Below are positions 12,396 through 22,874 of a stretch of DNA of 64,000 nucleotides, piece by piece. The position numbers were made by a program, and so were the translations under genes. Below the pieces are notes generated by a model. It was not told the DNA's origin and searched no databases. It worked only from the letters and a program-made list of their open reading frames with translations. The stretch is from positions 102,072 through 166,071 of the forward strand of contig MU619294.1 of assembly GCA_025201805.1 (NCBI GenBank), read 5' to 3'. Source of the DNA: Parasitella parasitica NRRL 2501 (Eukaryota > Fungi > Mucoromycota). Numbering within the stretch: the stretch's first letter is position 1; every line of letters begins with the position of its first letter.

Positions 12396-13286
12396 AGTTA
12401 ATATCTAGTGCAATCGAAGAGGACATTAACTATAAAAGACACATCCAATATACACCCCTATTTCCTTTCCTTTACCAAAAATCCGTACCTATTTAAATAA
12501 CCAAAAAATTACCATTCTGAGTTTGGTAGCATTTAAACATATACTGTTTCTTACATTATTTCTAATATCAATAAAACAGCAGATTTTTATTTTTGAACAT
12601 CCAAATCACAGAAAGCTTTAGAAACTAGTCCCTCAAACTAATCTGCTAATTCTCCCAAATACGTTGATAGCATTTGCATCGAAATTCACCCTTGCTTGCA
12701 TTACGAGTTACACATCGTGTTATGTCAAAAGTCAAATAGCCTGAAATCTGCACTTTATTACGGATACATCCTATAGATGTATTTATACACAATGTTATTA
12801 TGTTAGGTTTAGCATAATGTGAATTATAACAAAGGTTTTACTATCTAGAACCAGTGGGTTGTAAATCAGGATTATCCATGATTTACCTCAGATATCAATG
12901 CTGAGAGTGAGACATTTTTCAGAGACTTATGATACAACCTATCGGTTACAAACATTCAGGGCCGAAAGTTTTACTTCTGATCTTTGAGAAATTATTATTC
13001 AAATTATTAATAATATCCTATATCGCGTTTTCCAATACATGCTAAGGCCAAATAGCGATGAATTAGCTGCTGGATGCTCATTTTGCGGAGGGAGAGTCAT
13101 AGAAGAAGGGCTCATAGTGATTTCCCAAGGAATTAGAGTAATGCGAAAAGCCAGTTGAAGCGAGTACGTTTATACCAATTAATGTGTCCAATATGTTTAG
13201 TATATTTAATATGCTTGATTAAATTAGATTGAATGTTTGTTAACAGTCAATTTAATAAAGTATTTGTAACGATCGCTTGGCATGTA

Positions 13287-15201
13287 CAATCTTTTTATGG
13301 TTTCTGAAATAAAAGTTCAAGTAAATGATACGTTTCACAGTGTTTGTGATAATATGTATTAGGGTTTCTGATAACAAACCTTTTATTTCTAATAAAAGCT
13401 AAGAAGTTTCTAAGGGAAGAGAAATGTCTCCCTAAAAAGATTTCAAGTGGGAATTTCATATTTAGAGAGAAAGAGTAATTGCTTTGTTTTATTCATAGTG
13501 AAAATATAAAGAGAATCTGTTGTGAAATAAAGCTATCTACATCATGTCTCTAAGTTCAAGGTATTCCTCAAAAAAAAAGGTTACGGCTGTCTATGGACAA
13601 ACATTTGTAATTTTGGGTGTAAGTGTGTCTGTAGACTTTGGATCAAAAACTTTTAACTGGATTCAGGAACGAAGAGCGAGATTAAAGATAAACAAATTTA
13701 TGTCCTTGGGATTTCATAAATTTCTATACAGATAATTTTATATGAATGAGTGTGTTATCCTGGTGGCAGATTGTTTCCTTTTCTCTGGTATTATCTAGTG
13801 TAGAAGATCTTGCCAGACAAGTACCAAGCTGGATTCTCTGTATCCAGTTGCACAGTAGAACAGCTAGTCAAACCTGTGCCATCTTTCCCACAATAGTGGA
13901 ATGATTCAAAAGTGTGTACCTTTGCAAAGCCAGCGTAGATTTCAGGCGCCTGATTTTTTTTTTTTTTTTTGGTCTAGCAAACTTTAGTGTGTCTTGTAAG
14001 AAAACAATATTTAGTGATCTCAAACATAAAAAAAAGTAATTCAAAGTAATGCATTAGACTATAAGACACCTTTTGATGACATATTTGCGTAGCTTAGAGC
14101 AAATTTTTGTATTTTTCAAGTTGACATCAGATGTAGGTAGCAACCTTTCTAACTCTTTTCGGCAAAGTATTTTTCAAAATCGGAGTGTGAGATTGTCAGG
14201 CCAGGTAAAGACATGAAAGCACTACCATTAGAAAGCCAAGAAGCGCACCATTTGAACAAACTATTTTCAATTGTTTTTCTCTTAATTTAGTTAATCTATA
14301 GCTTCTCAAAACTAATGCTTTCTTCAAAAAAATATCATTTTTCTCTGATAGCGGAGATTAAACGCGTCCAAAACCAGGAAGAAAAAATTCTTCCAGAAAC
14401 TCAATTTGGACATTTCGAAAACAAAATTACTCCTTTGAGGCAAGATATCATCCTCTGATACTATGCATACCACGGCTGTCAGTCTATGATAATAGCTGTA
14501 TTTTTGGGCGCTCTATGGTATCATTTCATAATTCCGGTATGCTTATGGAATTAGTTCTGTTGAGAAAACCTCAAAAACAGATTAAGAGAGGAAAGTCAAC
14601 ATTTTGCTTAATCAGAGCGCATTTCCAGTCTCTCAGATCAAGAAATGGACTTTCACGATCATTTTCTTCTAATATATGCTATAGTAAAAAGTTGCATTTT
14701 TGAGGTCAAAATCGAGGATAATGCATAATCGATGATTTTGGATGGGTGGATACAAGGAAAAAATCGAAAAAATCCGTCATTTTGCATCGAAAAAAAAATC
14801 ATGCTCAAATTGCACCAAAATCATATATAATATAGTTTCTTCCCAGTGGATACTATTTCTGGTGCTTTCAAGACACTTTTGATTATAAAAATCAATCAAA
14901 AAGTGGCACACAAAGCTAAATTTCATGCTTTTAAGCTGTAAAAATATCTATTTGGAGATGATAACACCTCAATATCAATTCTAGTAAATGACACAGCTCT
15001 AAAAGTAAGTATTTTTGATATCACAAGTATACCTTTCTTCATAGTAAAACGATAAAACAGGTGTGGCTCTTCTCCCAGAAACTTCTCAGCTTTTATCAGA
15101 AATAAAAGGTTTGTTATCAGAAACCCTAATACATATTATCACAAACACCGTGACATGTATCATTTACTTGAACTTTTTTTCCAGAAACTGCAAAATGACA
15201 G
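13287..15201 (-). mobile_element. Non-autonomous Tc1/mariner (IS630-like) DNA transposon, ~1.9 kb, ~135-bp TIRs, TA target duplication
   Basis: 13287-13421 is an imperfect inverted repeat of 15068-15201. TA flanks both ends (13285-13286, 15202-15203) and the termini resemble CAGTC. Minus-strand remnant QDNTLIH...GHKFVYL*SRSSFLNPVKSF*SKV (~13630-13765) is a decayed DNAPIH...YLPPYSPxLNPIE motif with D34E spacing. Confidence 0.88.
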
Positions 15202-15365
15202 TAGAATTCATTCACTTTAAGGTTATCAACCACATCTAAAAATGGAAGTATTTGGCGGATAATACGGATACTAAAATCGCGTAAGGCGTCATACTTTTAC
15301 TTTACGCTTTTAAAAGCAAATACAGCACTTTTCCATCTATTTACTTCAGTCCAGACTTGTCAACC

Positions 15366-16267
15366 ATGGATCTCAATTCCTCGATAACCTTGGAAGGGTC
15401 ATCTTCATTACTTGTAAACTTCTTTGGTAAGTTTTGTCGCCAAGTTAATGTACTCATCATCTTACGCGTGGTATATTAGAGTGCGGTTTGAATAGGTAAG
15501 TCGAATAAGTTGAAGACACAATTCACGGCAGTCAATAGTAAACTTCCGTATAGCATCCTATACCAACGAGGACTTTACCCTTCAGAAGATTTTGAAATGA
15601 TTGAGAGATTCGGCATGAAGGTACTGATATCTGTGAATCCTGAACTTTCAAAGTATATCAACACAATTGTTCAACAGTTGCAAGGTTTGTATTCGATGCC
15701 TGAAATACGAAAAATAAGCTCACAAGTTGAATAGAATGGCTAAAAACTAATACGATTAGTAAGCTTGTTATTGTAATTAAGTCAAGAGATAAATTGAAAG
15801 TGTTGGAAAGATGGATTTTTAATATTGAAGTAAATGGTGAAAACGGCCTTCCAATGGCAGAAAACATACCACCTGACGAGTAAAGACATACCATTCCGTT
15901 CGTACATGTACTTCATACGCTGATTATTACATTTATAGGGCCAATGTTATTCAAAAAAATACAAAAAAGCAGATTCAATCCATCTTACGACAAATTACAG
16001 CCAGCGTGTCTTATTTACCAGAATTAGAAGTAGATGACTGTAAGATGACACTAAATCAAACAAAAATTTGTTATGTAACAAAAGTTTGTAGGTACGTTCA
16101 ACGTATTAGTCTATGCCAATAAAGATGTAGTTGTGCCTGTGACATGGGGAGATAGCGGACCAAATCTTATTGAAGGAGGTGGAGAACATGTTCGTTTGAA
16201 GTCTTTTAATACACTGGTACACAAGGTCGATTCATTTGTCGCATATAAAATGGACGATGGTTTATAA
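15366..16267 (+). CDS. MAD2: Spindle-checkpoint HORMA protein Mad2, multi-exon including a 16-nt micro-exon (15480-15495)
   Basis: ITLEGSSSLLVNFF/ECGLNS/ILYQRGLYPSEDF...LERWIF...IQSILRQITASVSYLPEL...VRLKSFNTLVHKVDSFVAYK. Confidence 0.9.
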
Positions 16268-16399
16268 AAAAACACAAAGCACAAGCACAAGCACTAGCAA
16301 ATACAAAAACAAAAACAAAATAAAAACAAAACTTTACAATAAGGCATATATAACTCTTAAAATATTGTTCAAGTCTATTTGTTTAAAATCTAGATTACT

Positions 16400-18015
16400 T
16401 TATCCTTCTTGACCAAAATCTTGCGTGAAGCTGACATGTTGTTTTATGTCTAAATCATTCACTGTAGGGCGAGAACTCTCCACAGCTTTCAAAAAGTCTT
16501 CAACCGTTAATTCAGGTTCTAATAATTGATCTGCCTCAATATCCATCAAACTCATAACTTCAGCACAAGGATCTTCAGGTGGACATGGAGTAAAATATTG
16601 GCTCGTTGTTTCTGCGTTTACACGAGATGGAGCAGTGATCTAAGAAATAATATAGTTAACACATAGTACACTATATTAATTCGAAAAAAAAAACTCGTAC
16701 AACTTTAAAATGAGTAGCCATCTGAAGTTTTCGAATAGGTTGCATAAGAGCATCTCTAACCAAGACAGCAATATCTGATCCCGAGTAGCCATTCGTCATG
16801 CTGGCCAGCTGCTTGAACTCTTGTTTCGAGAGTGTGCAAGGCGTGTTACCCACATTAAGAGCAAACAAATTAGCACGGGCATTAGCGTCAGGAAGAGGAA
16901 TATAAATACGTCTCTCAAATCTGTAAATAGTCAGCAATTGCAGCGTAAAAATCGACAAAAGAAAATATAGAGTACTGCACCTTCTTCTGATGGCAGAATC
17001 AAGCTGCCAAGGTATATTCGTGGCACCGAGTACCAAAACTCCATCCATATCATTTCCTACACCGTTCATCTGTACCAAGAATTCTGTCTTGATACGACGA
17101 GAAGCTTCTGATTCGCCCTCACCTCTCGAGCCACATAGAGAGTCAACTTCATCAATGAAAACAATAGCAGGTTTGCTCTCTCTAGCCATTTGAAACAGCT
17201 GCTTGACTAATCTTTCACTTTCACCAAGCCATTTTGAAACTAAATCAGAAGACGATACAGAGAAAAATGTCGCATTTGATTCTGTGGCCACTGCTTTTGC
17301 TAGATATGATTTACCCGTACCAGGAGGTCCGTAAAGTAAAATGCCTCGCCAAGGTTTACGTTGACCAGTGAAAAGATGAGGAAATTTTATGGGGAGTATA
17401 ACCGCTTCTTTCAAAGCTTCTTTTGCTAGTTCTAAACCAGCAACATCGTTCCAGCCCACATTTGGTTTTTCAGTCAAGATTGCACCAGATAGATTGGCTC
17501 TCATTTTTTTCATATCAGCATCATCATCCTCGTTAGCTCCTTCACTAAATGAACATGTGGTATGATCAGCATAGTTGTATACTTGGCTTGCATATCCACC
17601 TTACACTTTTTTCGTCTTCCCAGCAGCTGGACTCTTATTAGCTGGGCTATTCCCCTTATTTTGCTTGGTATTTTCGTCTTGCGTATTTAGAAAAGTCTTT
17701 AGAGTTTCAGCTCTATCCAAGTACTCGACAAGCTTTGCGCGAATACGTTCCTTTAATTTATCGTTTTTTTCATCTAAAAGAATATTAACTCACACGATTT
17801 GACAATATACGCTAAGGTCTACATACATGTGATAGCTGCCATGAAGTATTCCAAGCATAATTGATACGAGTTGTAAGCGTCTTCATAATTTTTATTGCGG
17901 TCTGCTTCGGTTGCTTTATTAGCTAAATCAATCGCTTTCTATTAAATGCATGAATAAATCAAAACGTAGAAACTCTATATGAGTTAGTTACCGAAAGAAA
18001 ATCGGTATTGGACAT
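16400..18015 (-). CDS. VPS4: AAA ATPase Vps4 (MIT + AAA + Vps4_C)
   Basis: MIT exons, [49 protein letters not shown]-terminal [12 protein letters not shown]. Confidence 0.96.
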
Positions 18016-18372
18016 GGTTTAAAGAGGAAAATGCAAAAAGTTCTACGATTCCCCTGGGGCAATAGATTGTTTGCACAAGTGCAGAGCTAAAAAGTCACAA
18101 GACTTCTCTCTCGTTCATGTAAATCGTACATGCCTGAATTTTTAGAAGTAAAGTCTATAATCAATAAATTGTATTCTTTGATATCTTCACACTGCGTATT
18201 TTTGATCCAAGAGAATGTTGATTGGTATTATGGCATTAATTGATACCACAAACCACGGTTTTAAACTTGGAACGACGAGTAATTTGAAGATGTACAAAGA
18301 GAGTCCCAATCATCTTTTGAGTTAAAAATCAAAAAGCCAAACTTTCTAAACTTTCTCCTTCCTTTGTGAGAA

Positions 18373-20718
18373 ATGTCAGAAAATAAAGAGGCGGGTCCAT
18401 CTCAACCTGAGGCAGGTGCAAATCCTGGACAAAAAAAGAGCTTTATGCAAAAATATGGTGGCTCGATTATTCAGATGGTGCTCTTTTGGTTGATTATGAA
18501 GGTTGTAACCGCAGGTAATCTTGAAAAAAGGAATAATTACAGCATTCAATTAAATTACCTGATAAAGGCTTCAATAAACCATCAAACGAGATGATAAATA
18601 ATAACGTTCCTACTTCGGAAAATGGCATACCTGTTGCTGCTAAACCTACGTTTATCCCTGGCTCAGCAACACTTCGCGATTATACCCAGGGAATTCCAAA
18701 CCATGTTTTTTATTATCCTCATCCTAGTATTCCTCTCTCTGACCTCCCAGAAACTTTTGTGCCTCTTTGGCAATCAGGCGTTCCTTTGGAAGTTTCTATC
18801 TTTGTCAATGAAGACGAATATTTTACGGATTATCAAGCGACACCTAGTTTCAAGGCTTCTGGTATTAATTACGGCCAACAGTTCGAACCTAAAGAACATC
18901 GTATTGAAATTCCTACAACTAAGGTAAGAGCATACCTTTACTATTGAAGACCAGATTATCAACTACATTATACATAGAGCATGCAACATAACGGAACCGT
19001 GTATGCTCATGTATTTATCACTCAACATGGAATACCGATTGATCCAAACGATGAATTGTTCAATGCGGATTCAACCGTTTATTATAGACATGGTAACACA
19101 TCATAAAATCAAGCATCAGTAGATTAATGTCACCCGAATTAAAATTATATTTCTTTAGTTTTGACCAAATTTTATCCTGCCAAGACAATTGTCAAACAAA
19201 AGAATCTTTTAAAGAAAGGAAGCGAGGAAGAAAAACAAGAAGCTACCGAGAACAAAAAAGACGACAATAGCCTGCAAGCTGAACAAGTAAATTCATGACT
19301 TGGTCCGCATTTTACTTTATTTGATATTGATTGATTTCATAGAAAACTACTCCTACCCCAGGCATCGCAGGCCTTGGGGCAGGTATTTTGGGAAACTTGA
19401 CTCGCCGGGCTCCTTTGGTAGCCTATTGGCAACAAAACGTAACAATTTCTCTACTTAGTGATGCAAAAAACGTACTTCCAAAGACTGGTTTGCAACCTCC
19501 AGTTATCAAATGTAAAACTATGAAACTATCAGCATATGTATTGGATTTTTTAAACAACTATATTCTATGTAGATGTTCAATTTGATCATAGGCTTACCCG
19601 TAGTCCCTCTGGAAAACAAGGATTTTATAGACCAATTTTATTTCCCAACGATTTCTGGGCTTTGCAACAGAACGCTTTTGCTGTCAACGAGTCAGTTCAC
19701 AGTTTGCCGCTGAATATCCGTATTGAACCTATCTCCATGTGGAAATTCAACATTTTTGCATCTCTCGATGATTCAATGAAGCAACAGGCCAATAGTCCAA
19801 TCGGTGGCATGAGTTCAGGGGATATGGACGAAATTAAGCGCATGTTTTTAGAGACAAATCCTGTCCTTCTGGGTACGACAATCGCTGTCAGTTGCTTACA
19901 TTCTTTATTCGAGATGCTTGCCTTTAAAAACGACATTGCTTTTTGGAAGAAAAAACAAAACAGTGCTGGTATCTCAGTTCGAACATTGATTGTAAATATT
20001 TTCTTTCAAATTGTCATCTTTCTGTATTTACTGGACAACAATCAAGAAACTTCATGGATGGTCCTGATCAGCCAAGGTTTTGGTCTGGCTATTGAGTTGT
20101 GGAAAGTGTTTAAAGCCCTCAAATATGAACTAGTCTGGACTCCTGGATCACTTTTGCCTTCGTTGGGACATCAAAAAACCGAACAAACCGAAGAAGAAGA
20201 CGATACTGCCCAATACGATGCTATTGCATTCAAATACTTGAAATGGCTTTCGTACCCCTTGTTGGCAGGTTATGCAGTTTACTCATTATATTATGATGAG
20301 CATAAAAGTTGGTATTCCTATGTCCTCAAGACTTTGGTAGAATTTGTCTATATGTTTGGTTTCATCACCATGTTACCACAATTGTATATCAACTATAGAC
20401 TCAAAAGTGTTGCCCACATGCCATGGAAGACCCTGATGTACAAATCGTTGAATACATTTATTGGTAAATCGCTTGAAAAATTGTATTGTCAACATCGCAC
20501 TAATTGTTCTTCCTGTAGACGATTTGTTTGCTTTTGTTATCAAAATGCCAACTTTGCATCGACTTGCTTGTCTTCGTGATGATTTTGTATTTTTCGTTTA
20601 TCTGTATCAAAGGCATGCCTACAAGGTTGATCACACGCGAGCAAATGAGTATGGACAAGTTGGCGAAGAAGTGACAGAAGAGGATAAAAAGAATAAGGAA
20701 ACCAAAAAGGATAAATAA
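18373..20718 (+). CDS. CLPTM1-family multipass membrane protein
   Basis: MDEIKRMFLETNPVLL...LFEMLAFKNDIAFWK...FGFITMLPQLYINYRLKSVAHMPWKTLMYKSLNTFI/DDLFAFVIKMPTLHRLACLRDD. Confidence 0.93.
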
Positions 20719-20804
20719 AAAAAACAAGAATGTCTTGGGGAGGATTTATTTGAGATGCTTTTTCGTATCTGATCCAAGCTGAAATCCTTCTTTATCTTAC
20801 ACAT

Positions 20805-21146
20805 TTAAATACGTTCAAGAGCTTCCATAATCGAGATACTGTTTCCACGAATAACCTACAAACATGTATAAAATCTTAGCGGAATTGACGATGATTGTAA
20901 CCGGAATGCATCATACCACCATGCCAATGTTATGCTTTTCAGTTGCACTGATTTCTTCGACAGTTTCATCCAAGACAATGTTCATAAAAGGATCAAATCC
21001 ACGAAGAACACCAGTAACCTTGCGGTTTCCATTCAACTGAAGCGAGAGGCGCTTATCCATGTATCTAACATACCAAATGATCAGTTATTGTTGAATTTGA
21101 TTGTATAGTCTTACTTTTTCAATTCTGGTGTGGTAGTTTTTCCCAT
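20805..21146 (-). CDS. SMX2: Small nuclear ribonucleoprotein SmG, 2 introns; absent from the ORF track
   Basis: [47 protein letters not shown]...[23 protein letters not shown]. Confidence 0.93.
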
Positions 21147-21542
21147 TGTATGTTAAAAATCAAAGCGCGTTGATGTGATTATTATATCTCTCAACTTGTT
21201 GATGAAGAAAAGAAAGGAGGGCGAAGCAAAAGTTTTTTTTTTATTTTATTTTTTACTCAGGCTTTTACCTACCATCACCGCCACTCGATTGACAGTATTG
21301 CTTTGACTTGATGGGTCAGATCTAAATATGAATAAAAATACAATAAAAATAGGAACTATTGGTGACCACATATGCTATTCAATATAACGGCATAACATCT
21401 TGTACTTGTACTTGATAGAGAGATTAATACATTAGTTGTGAAGCCATCATCTTCAGAAGCATTACAACGCCGACGTAAATTCCAGCAAGAAGTTAAACAC
21501 TTGTTTTCTATTACTTTATTCCCTACCCCTACACTTTTTAAA

Positions 21543-21807
21543 ATGGCTAAAGCAAACAAATTTTACACTTTTCTGATAATGTGTAGTGGCATGGCTGCTG
21601 GAAGTACAGTTGTAAACAGAGTAACTACTTGCGCTAATATATGTTTAGACGCAGGTTATGCTAAATTCTTTTTTTTTTATTTATTTAATCGTAGGTCTTG
21701 AAACCAGACATGGTAAGCATATATACAATCTATTCTGTTCATAAACACTCACCCAATATCTGCAATAGTCTATTCCAAAACTCCAGCTCCCCAAGGAATC
21801 CGAATAA
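21543..21807 (+). CDS. 44-aa microprotein, BRAWNIN/UQCC6 (DUF4516)-like; exons 21543-21620, 21695-21712, 21769-21807
   Basis: Two clean GT-AG introns join MAKANKFYTFLIMCSGMAAGSTVVNR/VLKPDM/SIPKLQLPKESE-TAA. The core M-x-AG-x-x-VV-x-R-x-x-(K/R)PD-x-x-IP matches BRAWNIN as I recall it. Confidence 0.75.
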
Positions 21808-22152
21808 AATACCTGCCATCTCATATATTTATGAAGGTTAAGCAATGTGAAATATAACTATAATTGATATTATCAAAGCGCCAGCTATTTTTATTGTGAG
21901 ATTACTCAAAGCAATTCTTCGAATGCGTGCCAACAAGTTAAAATCTTCTAAAGCTTGAGCAAATTAGCCGGATACAACTGAAAAATAAAAATAACCCCCC
22001 CCCCAATATACTGTCAAATAACGGTTCAAGATTGTGATGTCCACAGAAGTGCACAAGTGGCAATCCTGGTGCATCAAAAGTTTTCGGTGCACCAAAAATT
22101 TGCTTGTAATTATAGAACAGTCAACTTCTTTTTTTATCTTCAACAAAAACTC

Positions 22153-22839
22153 ATGTCTACTGGAAATAAGCGTATCAAGGGAATAAGTGTACCAAGGCCT
22201 TTCTATTATGGCAGCATCGCTTATCCATTAAACGGGAAAAAGGCATCAGATGCAGATCATACTCATAAATGGACTGTGATGGTCAAAGGACTTGATAACG
22301 AAGATCTTGGCTATTACATCAAAAAAGTAGTGTTCAAACTACACGAAACATATCCGAATCCGTTAAGAAGTAAGTATGTTTCCGCGCTAAAGGCACACAG
22401 TAGCTAATGCATACCGAAAGGTGTTGATCAACCCCCTTTCGAGGTGTCAGAAACAGGCTGGGGAGAATTTGAAATCATGATCAAGATCCATTTTCATAGC
22501 ATTGCCAGCGAAAAACCTGTCGTTCTTTACCATCATTTACGACTTCATCCTTACGAAGATGACGTTAATGGACAGCCTTGGCCGAAGGATAAGCCTGTGA
22601 TGAGTCTATTGTATGACGAATTAGTCTTTAACGAACCTACAGAATCTCTATACCAAGTTTTTTCGGAACATAATGCTTTGAATGTCAATTTACCCAACAA
22701 AAAAAGCATAAAAGACTCTGCATCGCCATTGTTTAGCACCCAACTGGAGCAAGAAGAAAATGAACGGTTGGATAACGCACAACAAGAAATCAATTCGCAA
22801 ATTTCAGCATTGAAGCAGAAAATGGCTTTATTTGATTAA
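22153..22839 (+). CDS. YAF9: YEATS-domain protein Yaf9 (NuA4/SWR1), one intron
   Basis: RIKGISVPRPFYYGS, HTHKWTV, IKKVVFKLHETYPNPLR, PFEVSETGWGEFEI, C-terminal coiled coil. Confidence 0.93.
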
Positions 22840-22874
22840 TGTACATACAAGGTTCTTTTTAACTAAATAATAAA

